NCBI GenBank assembly: GCA_965116925.1
Contig: OZ220744.1
Location: forward strand, 5,088,001-5,152,000
Length of the DNA stretch: 64,000 nucleotides
Direction: 5' to 3'
From: Candidatus Poribacteria bacterium
GTDB taxonomy: Bacteria > Poribacteria > WGA-4E > PCPOR2b
The first letter of the stretch is position 1, and the number at the start of each line of letters is the position of its first letter. Below, piece after piece: positions 29,654-41,626 of this stretch. Made by a program: the position numbers and the translations under genes. Under the pieces are notes generated by a model. It worked only from the letters and a program-made list of their open reading frames with translations. It was not told the origin of the DNA and ran no database searches.

Positions 29654-31150
29654 TCACGGCAAATCTGTTGACCCCATTAGATACCGATCCGCTTCACGGG
29701 CGGCGCCGCGCCCCTCTTTGAACGCCCAAACAACAAGGCTCTGCCCACGCCGCATGTCACCCGCAGCAAATACACCGGGGATGCTGGTCGCGTATTTATC
29801 CTCTTCCGCTTTAACGTTGGAACGTTCATCCCGCTCGATGTCCAATTCTTCTAGAATGGTGTCTTCGGGACCGAGGAAACCCATTGCCAAGAGGACTAAG
29901 TCGGCGGGCCAAACTTTCTCAGTACCTTCGATCGGCTTGGGGAAAGGACGCCCACCATCCCCCGGAACCCATTCGACCTCGGCGGTATGCAGTTCTTTTA
30001 CATGCCCCTTTTCGTCGCCGACGAATTTCATGGTGTTGATAAGGTAGATGCGCGGATCCGCCCCAAATTTGGCGGCGGCTTCTTCCTGCCCATAATCGAG
30101 TTCGTAAACCCGTGGATACTCGGGCCACGGATTATTGGGGGCGCGTTCATCGGGTGGACGTTCTAGAATTTCAAACTGGGTGAGGCTTTTGCACCCGTGG
30201 CGCATCGAGGTTCCCACACAGTCGGTGCCCGTATCACCACCGCCGATGACGATGACATGTTTGTCTTTAGCGGAGATATAATTCCCATCTTCGTGATTGG
30301 AATCAAGGAGGCTTTTGGTGTTTGCGTGAAGGAACGGCACAGCAAAATGGATGCCTTCCAAATCTCGACCTTCGATGGGGAGATCTCGCGGCTTGGTGGC
30401 ACCGCCGCAGAGAACAACCGCATCGAATCCGTCAACTAACTCGTTAGCTGAGATATCTTTGCCGACTTCGGTGTTGGTAACAAAATTGACCCCTTCCGCT
30501 TCCATTAAGTCGATGCGACGTTGGACGACCCTTTTTTTATCTAGTTTCATGTTGGGGATACCGTACATCAATAGTCCACCAATACGGTCGGCACGCTCGT
30601 AAACTGTGACAAGATGACCTGCCCTGTTAAGTTGTGCAGCGCACGACAGACCCGCCGGACCAGACCCCACGACCGCAACACGTTTACCTGTACGTCTGGC
30701 GGGTGGTTCAGGAACGACCCAACCTTCCTCCCAACCCTTATCGATGATCGAAACCTCAATATTTTTAATTGTCACCGGCGGCTCAATCATACCCAAAACG
30801 CAAGCACCCTCGCAAGGTGCCGGACACACCCGCCCTGTGAACTCAGGGAAGTTATTGGTTTTATGCAGCCGTTCTAACGCCTCTTTCCACAGGCCACGAT
30901 AGATGAGGTCATTCCACTCCGGTATCAGATTGTTGATCGGACAGCCCGATGCAGCCGGACTATTCTCCGGCAATCGCATCCCTGTATGACAGAACGGGAT
31001 GCCACAATCCATACAGCGCGCCCCTTGCGTCTGAAGTTTTTCTACAGTAAAATGTTCGTGAAATTCGTTCCAGTCTTTGATCCGTTCTAATGGTGAACGA
31101 TCGGGCGGAAGTTCTCTATCATACTCCATAAATCCCGTTGGTTTTGCCAT
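29654..31150 (-). CDS. gltD: Glutamate synthase small subunit
   Basis: [47 protein letters not shown]. Confidence 0.97.
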   Translation of the reverse strand: MAKPTGFMEYDRELPPDRSPLERIKDWNEFHEHFTVEKLQTQGARCMDCGIPFCHTGMRLPENSPAASGCPINNLIPEWNDLIYRGLWKEALERLHKTNNFPEFTGRVCPAPCEGACVLGMIEPPVTIKNIEVSIIDKGWEEGWVVPEPPARRTGKRVAVVGSGPAGLSCAAQLNRAGHLVTVYERADRIGGLLMYGIPNMKLDKKRVVQRRIDLMEAEGVNFVTNTEVGKDISANELVDGFDAVVLCGGATKPRDLPIEGRDLEGIHFAVPFLHANTKSLLDSNHEDGNYISAKDKHVIVIGGGDTGTDCVGTSMRHGCKSLTQFEILERPPDERAPNNPWPEYPRVYELDYGQEEAAAKFGADPRIYLINTMKFVGDEKGHVKELHTAEVEWVPGDGGRPFPKPIEGTEKVWPADLVLLAMGFLGPEDTILEELDIERDERSNVKAEEDKYATSIPGVFAAGDMRRGQSLVVWAFKEGRGAAREADRYLMGSTDLP

Positions 31151-31174
31151 GCTGTCTCCTTGAATCCTATCTTT

Positions 31175-34100
31175 CTAAGCTGCCTCTTCAGCAGCGACGC
31201 CGCGCCGAAACGCCTCTAGCCAAGCGTCCTCTCCCTCAAATCCTTCTGTTTGTGCTTCTTCGAGCGCGTCAAGAATCCGTTTATAGTCTTGCGGCATGAC
31301 CTTGACGAATTGGGGGAGCGTATTCTCCCAGTTCTCCAAAATTTCTAACGCAAGTGTACTCCCGGTATATTCGGCGTGCCGCTGAATCATCCCTTTGATC
31401 TCCAAGATCTCCACCGGATCCTCCAACCGTTCAAGGTCGCACTGTTCCTGATTACAGCGGATATGGAAATCACCATCACGGTCAAGTACATAGGCAATCC
31501 CACCGGACATCCCACCGGCGAAATTACGCCCCGTTTTGCCCAGAACAACGACCCTACCGCCCGTCATATACTCACAGCCGTGATCTCCCACAGCTTCGAC
31601 GACCGCGCGAACTCCGCTGTTCCGAACACAGAATCGCTCGCCAGCCATGCCGCAGATATAGGCTTCACCGTTCGTCGCTCCGTAGAAGGCAACGTTACCG
31701 ATAATGATGTTCTCCTCTGGCTTGAATACAGATTTTTTAGGCGGATAAACAATCAACTTGCTGCCGCAAAGCCCTTTTCCGAAATAGTCATTTGCATCGC
31801 CCTCAAGGCGGAACGTAACACCCGGAGGTGTAAACGCACCAAAGGATTGGCCCGCAGACCCTTCAAAATGAATATCAACGGTATCGTCAGGCAGCCCCTC
31901 AGGACCATGACGGCGAGTCAGTTCGCTACCTAATATTGTTCCAACAACCCGATTGGTATTCTTAATGGAGAAGGATCCCGTAACCTTTGTCCCATCCCGT
32001 AAAGTAGGCTCACAAAAGTCTAAAAGGACTTCGTTGTCTAGTGCCTTGTCCAAACCGTGGTCCTGATCGATTTGACAATAGCGTCCGATTTCCGGTCCAA
32101 CTTGAGGCTGGTAGAGAATCGGCGAAAGATCGATGCCCTTCGCTTTCCAGTGGTCAACTGCCTTTGTCGGCTCAAGTAGGTCGGTGCGACCGATCAGTTC
32201 GTTGACAGTACGAACCCCCAACTGCGCCATGATTTCGCGCATATCCTCTGCAATGAAACGCATGAAATTCACGACGTGAGAGGGATCTCCCATGAATTTC
32301 TCGCGCAGCTCTGGATTTTGCGTCGCCACGCCCACCGGACAGGTATCCAGATGGCACACACGCATCATAATACAACCGAGCGTCACCAGTGCTGTGGTTG
32401 CAAAACCGAACTCCTCAGCACCCAACAGCGCAGCGACAATAACATCTCGACCGGTCTTGAGCTGCCCATCCGTTTCCACGATAATACGAGAACGCAGATT
32501 ATTCAATACCAAGGTCTGATGCGTTTCCGCCACGCCAAGTTCCCAAGGTAAACCAGCGTGTTTAATGCTGGTCTGTGGAGAAGCCCCAGTGCCGCCATCA
32601 AGTCCGCTAATCAGCACGACATCCGCATGTCCTTTGGCTACACCGGCAGCGATAGTACCAACACCGACCTCAGATACTAACTTAACGTTGATCCGTGCGT
32701 GGTGGTTCGAGTTTTTCAGATCGTGGATGAGTTGGGCGAGGTCTTCAATCGAATAGATGTCGTGGTGCGGCGGCGGTGAAATCAGTTCTACCCCCGGCGT
32801 TGAGTGCCGCACTGTGGCAATCCACGGGTAGACTTTTCTGCCGGGCAACTCACCCCCTTCGCCGGGCTTGGCACCTTGCGCCATTTTGATCTGAAGTTCC
32901 TTCGCATTCACGAGGTAATTACTAGTAACGCCGAATCTACCGGAGGCGACCTGTTTAATCGCACTGTTTTTGGAGTCGCCGTTGGGTTCGAGAAAATACC
33001 GTGCCGGATCCTCTCCCCCTTCACCGGTATTGCTCTTTCCACCAATACGGTTCATTGCAATTGCCAATGCTTCGTGTGCTTCCTTGCTGATAGAGCCGTA
33101 GGACATCGCACCGCTCTTGAAACGCTTGCAGATTTCTTCAACCGGTTCTACCTCGTCGATCGGAATCGGTTCATTGGGGAACTTCAATTCCAAAAGCCCA
33201 CGCAGCGTCGCCATATTCTGAGAGTAATCATTAATCAACTTCGCGTAGTCTTTATAGACCTCGTAGTTATTGGTACGAGCAGCCAATTGCAGCTTATGAA
33301 TCGTGGCTGGATTAAACAGGTGATATTCGCCATCTTGTCGCCATTGGAAATGCCCGCCGACATCCAACGTGCGATTATCAACCGGAATTGCTGGGAAGGC
33401 TGCCCGGTGACGCATCAGGGCTTCGTGGGCGATAACATCAAGTCCAACCCCTTCCACGCGAGTCTCCGTCCAGGTAAAGTAACGATCAACAACCGCTTGC
33501 TTGATGCCGATGGCTTCAAAGATTTGCGCCCCTCGATACGACTTGATGGTTGAAATGCCCATCTTCGCCATCACCTTGACGACGCCTTTGGTAGCTGATT
33601 TGATGTATCCCTTGACCGCATCTTGATACTCGATATCCGTTAGTTGCCCTTCAGCAATCATGTCCGCTAGGCTCTCGAAAGCCATGTACGGATTAACCGC
33701 TTGGACCCCATACCCGGTGAGTAGACAGAAGTGATGCACTTCTCGCGGTTCACCCGATTCAAGCGCGATACCGACTTTTGTGCGTGTACCACACCGAATC
33801 AAATGGTGATGGAGTCCCGAAACGGCTAGCAGTGCGGGGATAGGTGCCGATTTTTCATCAACGCCACGGTCAGACAAGATGATAATGGTATAACCATCTT
33901 CAATCGCACGGTCAGCAGCTTCAAAGAGCTTGTCCATCGCTTGTTCAAGCCCCCCCTCTCCATCGGCGACATTGAATAAGATGGGAAGCGTCGTGGCTTT
34001 GAATCCCGGTAGATCAACACGGCGCAACTGCTCTAACTCCTCATCTGAGATGACTGGGGTGTCGAGGCCAATCTGACGGCAGCTCTCCGGTTCCGGCACG

Positions 34101-35770
34101 AGCAGGTTACGTTCGGGGCCTATTGTTGTTTCCGATGAAGTGATAATCTCTTCCTTGAGCGGATCCAACGGAGGATTGGTGACCTGTGCGAATAGCTGTT
34201 TGAAGTAGTTGTAGAGTAGCTGCGGTCGGTTAGAGAGGACCGCCAAGGAGGCATCGTTACCCATCGAGCCGACGGGGTCACGCCCAATTTTCGACATAGG
34301 TCCAAGAAAGATGCGCTGATCTTCAAATGTATACCCGAATGCCTGTTGACGTTGTAAAATCTTGTCGTGGTCTTTTGCGGGTTCCTTCGGTTCAACCGCC
34401 GGCAGATCTTTCAATGGGATGAGGTGTTCATCTAGCCACTGACCATACGGATGCTCAGAAGCAATTTCGTCCTTAGCTTCATCATCGCTGATGATGCGTC
34501 CCTCCTCCGTATCAATCAGAAGGATTCGACCCGGTTGGAGACGACCTTTAGAGACAACCCGTTCGGGGGGAATATCCAGCACCCCAGTTTCCGAAGCCAA
34601 CACAAGTATGTCATCATTTGTGATGTAATAGCGGGACGGACGGAAACCGTTACGGTCTAGGGATGCTCCAACAACTGTTCCATCGGTGAAAGCGATGGAG
34701 GCAGGACCGTCCCACGGCTCCATCAAGCAGCTATGATATTCATAAAATGCGCGCTTCTCTGCGCTCATGCTCTCGTGGTTTTCCCACGGTTCAGGAATCA
34801 TCATCATCACGGAGTGGGGGAGTGATCTACCAGAGAGCGCGAGAAATTCCAGACAGTTATCAAAGATAGCGGTATCACTCCCATCCTCGTCAAGGATGGG
34901 GAAAAGTTTCGGCAGGTCATCGCCGAACAATTCAGATGCTAGCATCGCCTGACGCGTTTTCATCCAGTTCTGGTTCCCGCGCACCGTATTGATTTCGCCG
35001 TTATGAATCATGTATCGGTACGGATGGGACCGCGCCCAACTTGGGAAGGTGTTCGTCGAAAATCGGGAGTGAAGCAGGACAATTGACGCCTCCAGCCGAG
35101 GGTCTTTCAGTTCGGGGTAAAATTCGGGGACCTGCATCGGGGTGAGCATCCCTTTATAGACTATCGTCCGGCTAGATAGGCTCGGAATGTAGAAATCTTC
35201 ATCTACTCCGCCGTACCGGATGATGTTGGAGGCGCGCTTCCGAATCACATACAGCTTGCGTTCAAAGGCGAGGTCATCTTTGATATTGGGATTTCTGCCG
35301 ATAAAAATCTGCCATACAGTAGGTTCAGAAGAGCGAGAAATCGGCCCCAGATGGAAATTATCGGTGGGAACTTCTCGCCAACCCAAAACCGTCTGTCCCT
35401 CTTCGACAACAATTTCCTCAAGTTTTTGCTGACAACGCTGAAGCAGCTCACCGTCCTCGGTATCGGTGAAAAACACCATGCCAACGCCGTACTGTTTTGG
35501 ATCAGGCAGATCAATTCCTACATCCTTGCAAGCATGTTGAAGAAAATTATGCGGAACCTGCATCAGAATGCCCGCTCCGTCGCCGGTATTTTCTTCGGCA
35601 CCGCGAGCACCCCGATGGTCAAGACAAACCAGCGCATCCAGTGCCTGACGCACGAGCGTATTCGATTTTTCACCTTTGATGTTGACAATAAAACCGATAC
35701 CACAGGCATCATGTTCGTAGGCGGGGTTATAAAGCCCTTGCTTTTTCGGAATACCAATCTTTCCTTTCAT
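31175..35770 (-). CDS. gltB: Glutamate synthase large subunit
   Basis: [56 protein letters not shown]. Confidence 0.98.
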   Translation of the reverse strand: MKGKIGIPKKQGLYNPAYEHDACGIGFIVNIKGEKSNTLVRQALDALVCLDHRGARGAEENTGDGAGILMQVPHNFLQHACKDVGIDLPDPKQYGVGMVFFTDTEDGELLQRCQQKLEEIVVEEGQTVLGWREVPTDNFHLGPISRSSEPTVWQIFIGRNPNIKDDLAFERKLYVIRKRASNIIRYGGVDEDFYIPSLSSRTIVYKGMLTPMQVPEFYPELKDPRLEASIVLLHSRFSTNTFPSWARSHPYRYMIHNGEINTVRGNQNWMKTRQAMLASELFGDDLPKLFPILDEDGSDTAIFDNCLEFLALSGRSLPHSVMMMIPEPWENHESMSAEKRAFYEYHSCLMEPWDGPASIAFTDGTVVGASLDRNGFRPSRYYITNDDILVLASETGVLDIPPERVVSKGRLQPGRILLIDTEEGRIISDDEAKDEIASEHPYGQWLDEHLIPLKDLPAVEPKEPAKDHDKILQRQQAFGYTFEDQRIFLGPMSKIGRDPVGSMGNDASLAVLSNRPQLLYNYFKQLFAQVTNPPLDPLKEEIITSSETTIGPERNLLVPEPESCRQIGLDTPVISDEELEQLRRVDLPGFKATTLPILFNVADGEGGLEQAMDKLFEAADRAIEDGYTIIILSDRGVDEKSAPIPALLAVSGLHHHLIRCGTRTKVGIALESGEPREVHHFCLLTGYGVQAVNPYMAFESLADMIAEGQLTDIEYQDAVKGYIKSATKGVVKVMAKMGISTIKSYRGAQIFEAIGIKQAVVDRYFTWTETRVEGVGLDVIAHEALMRHRAAFPAIPVDNRTLDVGGHFQWRQDGEYHLFNPATIHKLQLAARTNNYEVYKDYAKLINDYSQNMATLRGLLELKFPNEPIPIDEVEPVEEICKRFKSGAMSYGSISKEAHEALAIAMNRIGGKSNTGEGGEDPARYFLEPNGDSKNSAIKQVASGRFGVTSNYLVNAKELQIKMAQGAKPGEGGELPGRKVYPWIATVRHSTPGVELISPPPHHDIYSIEDLAQLIHDLKNSNHHARINVKLVSEVGVGTIAAGVAKGHADVVLISGLDGGTGASPQTSIKHAGLPWELGVAETHQTLVLNNLRSRIIVETDGQLKTGRDVIVAALLGAEEFGFATTALVTLGCIMMRVCHLDTCPVGVATQNPELREKFMGDPSHVVNFMRFIAEDMREIMAQLGVRTVNELIGRTDLLEPTKAVDHWKAKGIDLSPILYQPQVGPEIGRYCQIDQDHGLDKALDNEVLLDFCEPTLRDGTKVTGSFSIKNTNRVVGTILGSELTRRHGPEGLPDDTVDIHFEGSAGQSFGAFTPPGVTFRLEGDANDYFGKGLCGSKLIVYPPKKSVFKPEENIIIGNVAFYGATNGEAYICGMAGERFCVRNSGVRAVVEAVGDHGCEYMTGGRVVVLGKTGRNFAGGMSGGIAYVLDRDGDFHIRCNQEQCDLERLEDPVEILEIKGMIQRHAEYTGSTLALEILENWENTLPQFVKVMPQDYKRILDALEEAQTEGFEGEDAWLEAFRRGVAAEEAA

Positions 35771-36221
35771 GTTAGCCTTTCTTGTTCTACTACATTCCAA
35801 GAATCCATATCTCTTTGTTACTTTTGCTGCGGTTTTTGTTTACTTTCATCTCTGATTTTCTTCTACCCTGATAGTGCCCTGACCATATATCCCCGAATCA
35901 ATGAAAACACTTTTTCAGAATGGATCGGCAGACACAGGAGAATGTCCTAATAGTCCAAAACCTTAATGATTACTTGCTGAAACATTTCGATAAGATGAAG
36001 GTTCAGGAAGGGAAATCATTTGGTGGGAATCCGTGCGCTCACTCCGAGAACACCACATTCAATGGAAAACTGTGACAAATAGATAGACTTGTTATAATAC
36101 ATCACATAAGTGTGCATGTCAAGTAAATTTCCTTGACGCCCCTCCAAACAATTTTGATTGACAATCTCACCCCAAACTTGCATAATAAGGATCTTAAAAC
36201 TCGACATGGAGGAAGAAGGCA

Positions 36222-36947
36222 ATGATCAATCTGAGTGTGAACGTCAATAAGGTCGCAACACTAAGAAATTCCAGAGGCGAAGATGTCCCAAATGTCATTG
36301 AAGCGGTACAGACCTGCATCAATACAGGTGTGCAGGGGATTACGGTGCACCCACGAGAGGATCAACGACACATCAAACCCCACGATGTCTACGAAATTGC
36401 CGAGATGGTCACCGTCGAATATAACATTGAGGGCGACCCCCGACCTGACCTGTTGGATATGGTGATAGAGGTGCAGCCCGACCAGTGCACACTTGTTCCC
36501 GTCACGCCGGGCGAGGTGACCAGCGACCACGGTTGGGATCTAACGACGGAAGGTGAAGGACTCAAGCCGGTCATTCAACGGCTCAAGGATGCCGGCATCC
36601 GTGTCAGCCTATTCAGCGGCACAGACCTCCATCAGATCGAATTGGCGAAAGAGGTAGGGGCGGATCGGGTTGAATTCTATACCGCGCCTTATGCGTGGGC
36701 GAAAACGGAGCAGGAGATTGCACACGAATTTGGGTTGCTCGTCCAAGCCGCTGAAAAGGCGGTCAGCTTGGGTCTTGGCATCAATGCGGGGCATGATCTC
36801 AATCTGGAAAATCTGCCGCGCATGAGAAATCTCCCCGGCTTACTTGAGGTTTCAATCGGTCATCACCTGATGGCACACGCCCTTTATGTCGGGCTTGAGC
36901 AATCCGTCAAGGACTACCGAGCCGCATTGGGTCAGGATGTGGCATGA
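36222..36947 (+). CDS. pdxJ: Pyridoxine 5'-phosphate synthase
   Basis: LSVNVNKVATLRNSR, ITVHPREDQRHI, NAGHDL, EVSIGH. Confidence 0.96.
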   Translation: MINLSVNVNKVATLRNSRGEDVPNVIEAVQTCINTGVQGITVHPREDQRHIKPHDVYEIAEMVTVEYNIEGDPRPDLLDMVIEVQPDQCTLVPVTPGEVTSDHGWDLTTEGEGLKPVIQRLKDAGIRVSLFSGTDLHQIELAKEVGADRVEFYTAPYAWAKTEQEIAHEFGLLVQAAEKAVSLGLGINAGHDLNLENLPRMRNLPGLLEVSIGHHLMAHALYVGLEQSVKDYRAALGQDVA

Positions 36948-37176
36948 CCATGTTTTATCGAATGGTAAATTGCTGGTAAGGGTTAAAGAGGTTGGACGAG
37001 AATATCCAAACGGTATCGGAATAAGAAACGATACATCCCGAAATCCTATGAATCCTGATTCAGACGAATACAGAGATGAACAGTACCCATGACAAATCTT
37101 TTTGAATCCGTGTAATCCTTTAATCCGCTTAATCCGCGATTCAGACAATGAGGAAATCGCCATTGTGGAAAATTGA

Positions 37177-37485
37177 ATGAATAACTATAGAAACTTCAAA
37201 GACTATCACATTGAACAACTACGCGATCCAGAGGACGCAAAAATATATCTTTCTGTGGCACTTGAAGATTACGGGAAAAACGAGGATATAGAAGCGTTTT
37301 TACTTGCCATAAGAGATGTCGCGGAAGCGCAAGGCGGCATGTCTGAGTTAGCTGAACGCGTCAATCTAACCCGTGCAGGACTTTATAAAGCCCTTTCAGA
37401 AAATGGGAATCCACAGCTAAACACGATGAGCAAAATACTGCATGGATTGGGATTGAAATTTTCGATTGAAGCACGAGAAGACTGA
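37177..37485 (+). CDS. Putative addiction module antidote protein (HTH antitoxin), no adjacent toxin
   Basis: AIRDVAEAQGGMSELA....TRAGLYKALSENGNPQL motif. Confidence 0.85.
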   Translation: MNNYRNFKDYHIEQLRDPEDAKIYLSVALEDYGKNEDIEAFLLAIRDVAEAQGGMSELAERVNLTRAGLYKALSENGNPQLNTMSKILHGLGLKFSIEARED

Positions 37486-37565
37486 TTGCGTTTGAATCCG
37501 TGTAATCCTTTAATCCGCGATTCAGACAATTAACGGAGTCCCTCAATCCAAACAAGGAGAACTCG

Positions 37566-38846
37566 ATGAGAATTTTAGTTGTTGGGAGTGGTGCCAGAGA
37601 ACACACGTTTGTCTGGAAGATTGTACAAAGTCCGCTTGTTGAAAAGGTGTACTGTGTGCCGGGGAATCCGGGTATCGCCCAAATCGCCGAATGCCGATCC
37701 ATTCCCCTAGAGGACAACTTCTCGGCAATTGCGGACTTTGCAGAAACAGAAAAGATAGACCTGACCGTCGTTGGTCCCGAAGATCCATTGGCGAAAGGCA
37801 TCGTTGATGCCTTCCAAGCACGAGGACTCCGAGCATTCGGACCAGATCGAAAAGCCGCGATCCTCGAAGCGAGCAAAGATTTCGCGAAACAGTTGATGGC
37901 GCAAAATGACATTCCCACCGCCGCATATCGCACATTTGAGAAGGCGGACGCAGCAATCGCTTACCTCAAAGAGATTAACGCGCCGGTCTTTATCAAAGCG
38001 GACGGGTTGGCTGCAGGGAAAGGCGTAATTCCGGGACTAACGCTTGATGCCGCCGTTAAAGCGGTTCAGGAAGTCATGGTCGATCGGAACTTCGGAAGTG
38101 CCGGAGACAAGGTGGTAATTGAGGAGGCACTGTTCGGGGAAGAAGCGAGTTTCACCGTCTTAACAGATGGTGTATCCTGTCTCCCCTTTGTGAGTTCGCA
38201 AGACCACAAAATGTCATTGGATGGTGACAAAGGCAAGAACACCGGGGGAATGGGCGCGTACTCACCGGCACCGGTCATGACACCTGAACTCAGCGAGCAG
38301 GTGATGAATACAATCGTGCGGCCCGCTATCAGCGCGATGGCATCGGAGGGACGCACCTTCAAAGGCATTTTGTATGTCGGATTGATGATTACTGACACCG
38401 GCCCAAAAGTAATCGAGTTTAACTGTCGGCTTGGCGACCCCGAAGCACAGGTGTTATTAACTCGCATGGAGAGCGACCTTGTGCCGATGCTGGACGCCTG
38501 CATTGATGGAACCTTGGACAAGGTTGAATGTAAATGGAAATCCGAAGCGGCGACGTGTGTAGTGATGGCGTCAGGCGGGTATCCGGACCCCTACGAAACG
38601 GGCAAAGTGATTACCGGGCTAGGCCGAGCCAACGCGCTGGAGAACGTAACAGTCTTTCACGCAGGAACTCAGATGCAAAACGGAGACATCGCCACGGGCG
38701 GTGGCAGGGTCCTCGGTGTCACCGCACTCGCCCGCGACATCAAATCGGCGATCGAAGGCGCATACCGTGGGGTAGACGAAATCCACTTCGATCAAGCCCA
38801 CTTTCGGACTGACATCGGATACCGGGCGTTAGACCGTGCTTCATAG
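37566..38846 (+). CDS. purD: Phosphoribosylamine-glycine ligase
   Basis: VGSGAREH, KADGLAAGKGV, QDHK, NTGGMGAYSP, EFNCRLGDPE, RTDIG. Confidence 0.97.
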   Translation: MRILVVGSGAREHTFVWKIVQSPLVEKVYCVPGNPGIAQIAECRSIPLEDNFSAIADFAETEKIDLTVVGPEDPLAKGIVDAFQARGLRAFGPDRKAAILEASKDFAKQLMAQNDIPTAAYRTFEKADAAIAYLKEINAPVFIKADGLAAGKGVIPGLTLDAAVKAVQEVMVDRNFGSAGDKVVIEEALFGEEASFTVLTDGVSCLPFVSSQDHKMSLDGDKGKNTGGMGAYSPAPVMTPELSEQVMNTIVRPAISAMASEGRTFKGILYVGLMITDTGPKVIEFNCRLGDPEAQVLLTRMESDLVPMLDACIDGTLDKVECKWKSEAATCVVMASGGYPDPYETGKVITGLGRANALENVTVFHAGTQMQNGDIATGGGRVLGVTALARDIKSAIEGAYRGVDEIHFDQAHFRTDIGYRALDRAS

Positions 38847-38968
38847 ATAATGGGAAACGCAGCCAACTGTAGGCGGGGCATCTGGTTTTCCCGCGTCAAC
38901 TGTGCTGAAATGCCTAAGTCCTAAGATAGTAGGGAACGCAGATCTGCGTTCCCTATAGGTGAGCAGCC

Positions 38969-39691
38969 GTGCCAACCTCCGAATTTCAATTTCTTGGCAT
39001 TCCTCATATCGTCGCGCTAGCCCTAACAATCGCGCTGCCCATCGTACTATCAGTACTAGTGCGGAAAGTGGATTCATCTGTCCTGACGAATGTGGTCTGC
39101 TACCTTTTGGCTGCGACACTAATTGTCAATGAAATTGGAGTTTGGATTTACCGCGCGGCGACGGTGCAATCGTTCAGTATCTTTGCACAGAACCACCTAC
39201 CCCTTCACATCTGCGGGGTTGCACTCTTTGTCGTAGCGTTTACACTGTTGCGTCGGAACCAGACTCTTTATGAAATCGGTTATTTCTGGGGGATTGTCGG
39301 CACATTAAACGCTGTTCTCACACCGCAACTGGAGGTCGATTTTCCGCACTACCGTTTTTTTCAATATTTTATTGTGCACGGTGGTATTGTCGCTAGTGTG
39401 CTGTTTGCGACGTGGGGGTTGAGAATGCGCCCTACCTTCAAAGGCTTATTGCGTTCATTCCTGCTTGCCAATCTTTATATGGTGGTTATCGCAGGCGTCA
39501 ATCTGCTGCTGAAATCCAACTACATGTTCATTTGCAATCCACCGCATACAAAATCCCCTTTCTTCTTCGCACCTTGGCCTTGGTACATACCCATTTTAGA
39601 TGCGGTAGCTTTTGCCCTTTTCTTTCTTGTTTACTTCCCTTTCTTAATTGGCGATTGGCTGAAATCCCTTTCTCCAAAAAACAATCATTAG
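38969..39691 (+). CDS. YwaF/TIGR02206-like integral membrane protein
   Basis: LPLHIC, YFWG...A.LTP, F.VHG, NYMF..PP, PWPWY. Confidence 0.85.
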   Translation: MPTSEFQFLGIPHIVALALTIALPIVLSVLVRKVDSSVLTNVVCYLLAATLIVNEIGVWIYRAATVQSFSIFAQNHLPLHICGVALFVVAFTLLRRNQTLYEIGYFWGIVGTLNAVLTPQLEVDFPHYRFFQYFIVHGGIVASVLFATWGLRMRPTFKGLLRSFLLANLYMVVIAGVNLLLKSNYMFICNPPHTKSPFFFAPWPWYIPILDAVAFALFFLVYFPFLIGDWLKSLSPKNNH

Positions 39692-39822
39692 TGAAATCTA
39701 AAAATAAGTAGACATGTACCAATAGCTCCGACCTTCGCGCGATCTCAAAAGTCCCCCTGATAAGGGGGATTTAGGAGGTTGGCTGTGCATTGGAAGTGTC
39801 TAAATAATTCTAAAACCTACTC
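39689..39822. mobile_element. IS630-related MITE with AAGTCCCCCTGATAAGGGGGATTT cargo
   Basis: TAGTGAAATCTAAAAATAA left end and TGTCTAAATAATTCTAAAACCTAC right end; similar to 45235-45373. Confidence 0.65.
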
Positions 39823-39843
39823 ATGTATAAAAGGAACTAACGG

Positions 39844-41190
39844 ATGACACAGATAGAGCAGAAAAATCAGCACAATACTACAGATGGTCCCCAGATTTTC
39901 GGTTGGTGTATGTATGACTGGGCAAATTCCGCCTATGTTACCACAGTGGTGGCTGGGGTACTACCAATTTATTTCGCTACTGCGATTGTGGGCAAAGCCG
40001 GTGTCCAGATCGGTAACACCGTTGTTAGCGCAGATGCTCTCTGGGCATATCTGGTCAGTGCTTCAGCGATGTTCGTATTTCTGTTTGCTCCCGTTCTCGG
40101 CGCTATATCAGACTTCTCTTCATCCAAGAAAAAGTTCCTGATCACATTTGCCTATACAGGCAGCATCTGTGCAACGCTGCTCTACTTCTGTCAATCTGGA
40201 GATGTATGGCGAACCGCCACCCTATTTCTGATCGCACAGATTGGGTATGTAGGAGCGAATGTTTTCTACGATGCGTTTCTGCCTCAGATCGCCTCCGAAG
40301 ATAAGATAGATTGGGTATCCAGCAAAGGGTTTTCCTACGGGTACATCGGCGGTGGATCGCAATTTGCTATTGCGTTGGGATTGGTCGCCGGCGGCGGAAT
40401 CATCGGGATTGGTCAAGGACTCGCAGCCCGCATTGGGATGGGGATGGCAGGCTTATGGTGGGCGGGGTTTACAATCTTTACGCTCAAAAATCTGAAAGAG
40501 GCGGGAGCGATAGAGGAGATGCCAGAAAAGTACCAATCGCAACCGAAGATAGTCGCTTATGTCGCCATTGGCATAACGCGAACCCTCGCAACGATTAAAA
40601 AGGTAAGACGCTTCAAACATCTACTGCTGTTCTTAATCGCTTTCATGATCTATAACGATGGCGTTCAGACAGTCATCAGTATGGCAACGATTTATGGGAC
40701 TGAAGAATTGGGATTTTCTGCAACGGTCTTAATGGTCACGTTGCTGATGATTCAGATTATCGCTGCCGGTGGTGCCTTGCTATTCGGTAAAATCGCCGGT
40801 AGGATCGGTGCGAAACGGGCTTTGATGCTAGCGTTACTCCTCTGGAGCGGGGTTGTCACCTATGCCTATTTCCTGCATACCGTTACAGAATTTTTCATCT
40901 TAGGTGTCGTTGTAGGGATTGTGCTCGGCGGTTCGCAGGCACTCAGTCGTTCTTTTTACGGTGCGATGATTCCCGAAGAAGCCTCCGCTGAGTTTTACGG
41001 GTTTTATTCCGTTTTCAGTAAGTTCTCGGCGATTTGGGGCCCCTTGGTATTTGCCATCATACGCCAAATTACCGGAACGCCACGATTGGCTATCATTTCA
41101 TTGATAGTCTTCTTCATTGTGGGGTTGATTCTGCTCGCCTTTGTGGATGAGGAGAAAGCCAAAGAAGCCAAACGCTCCGGGGCGTTCTAG
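39844..41190 (+). CDS. MFS transporter (UMF1/Atg22-like)
   Basis: WCMYDWANSAY, FYDAFLPQIA, YNDGVQT, GGSQALSRS, EFYGFY. Confidence 0.9.
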   Translation: MTQIEQKNQHNTTDGPQIFGWCMYDWANSAYVTTVVAGVLPIYFATAIVGKAGVQIGNTVVSADALWAYLVSASAMFVFLFAPVLGAISDFSSSKKKFLITFAYTGSICATLLYFCQSGDVWRTATLFLIAQIGYVGANVFYDAFLPQIASEDKIDWVSSKGFSYGYIGGGSQFAIALGLVAGGGIIGIGQGLAARIGMGMAGLWWAGFTIFTLKNLKEAGAIEEMPEKYQSQPKIVAYVAIGITRTLATIKKVRRFKHLLLFLIAFMIYNDGVQTVISMATIYGTEELGFSATVLMVTLLMIQIIAAGGALLFGKIAGRIGAKRALMLALLLWSGVVTYAYFLHTVTEFFILGVVVGIVLGGSQALSRSFYGAMIPEEASAEFYGFYSVFSKFSAIWGPLVFAIIRQITGTPRLAIISLIVFFIVGLILLAFVDEEKAKEAKRSGAF

Positions 41191-41253
41191 ACGCTTATTG
41201 ATCTCCTGTTGTATAAATTCAATTAGAACCATGAAACCGGTAAGTGCGGTTTG

Positions 41254-41370
41254 ATGAAGTTTAAGTATTTAAATCGGTAATCCCTATTTTCCTCGAAACA
41301 TACGGTAGGCGCGGTTGAAAACCGCGCCGGCGTCGCTAGCAAATTACCGAACTGTTTTTTTAATTTTCAT
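41254..41370. mobile_element. 117-bp MITE inserted in the loop of a REP palindrome
   Basis: ATGAAG...TTCAT ends with an internal GTAG REP; equal-length homolog at 62024-62140. Confidence 0.7.
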
Positions 41371-41626
41371 GCAACCGCACCGGACATTGCGCCGAAGTTA
41401 CCGAATTCATATTTTAATCTTCATAACGTTTGTGCCACAAAAAAGAGATATTTATTATGTAAAATGGTATAAGAATCCCAATGTTTTAACATTAGGAGCG
41501 GTCAAAGGAGGCTAACGTTGGCACTTTAGTTAATCGGAGGGCGGGAATCAAAATTCCAGCCTACGGTTAGCTGGTTGTGCGTGTCACAGCAAATTATCAA
41601 ATTACGGAAGGAGATTCAATAACCGC

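Noticed and set aside
32804..33553. Long antisense ORFs inside gltB (and similar ones inside nuo, icd and the enolase-family gene)
   Set aside because: Shadow frames opposite well-supported genes.
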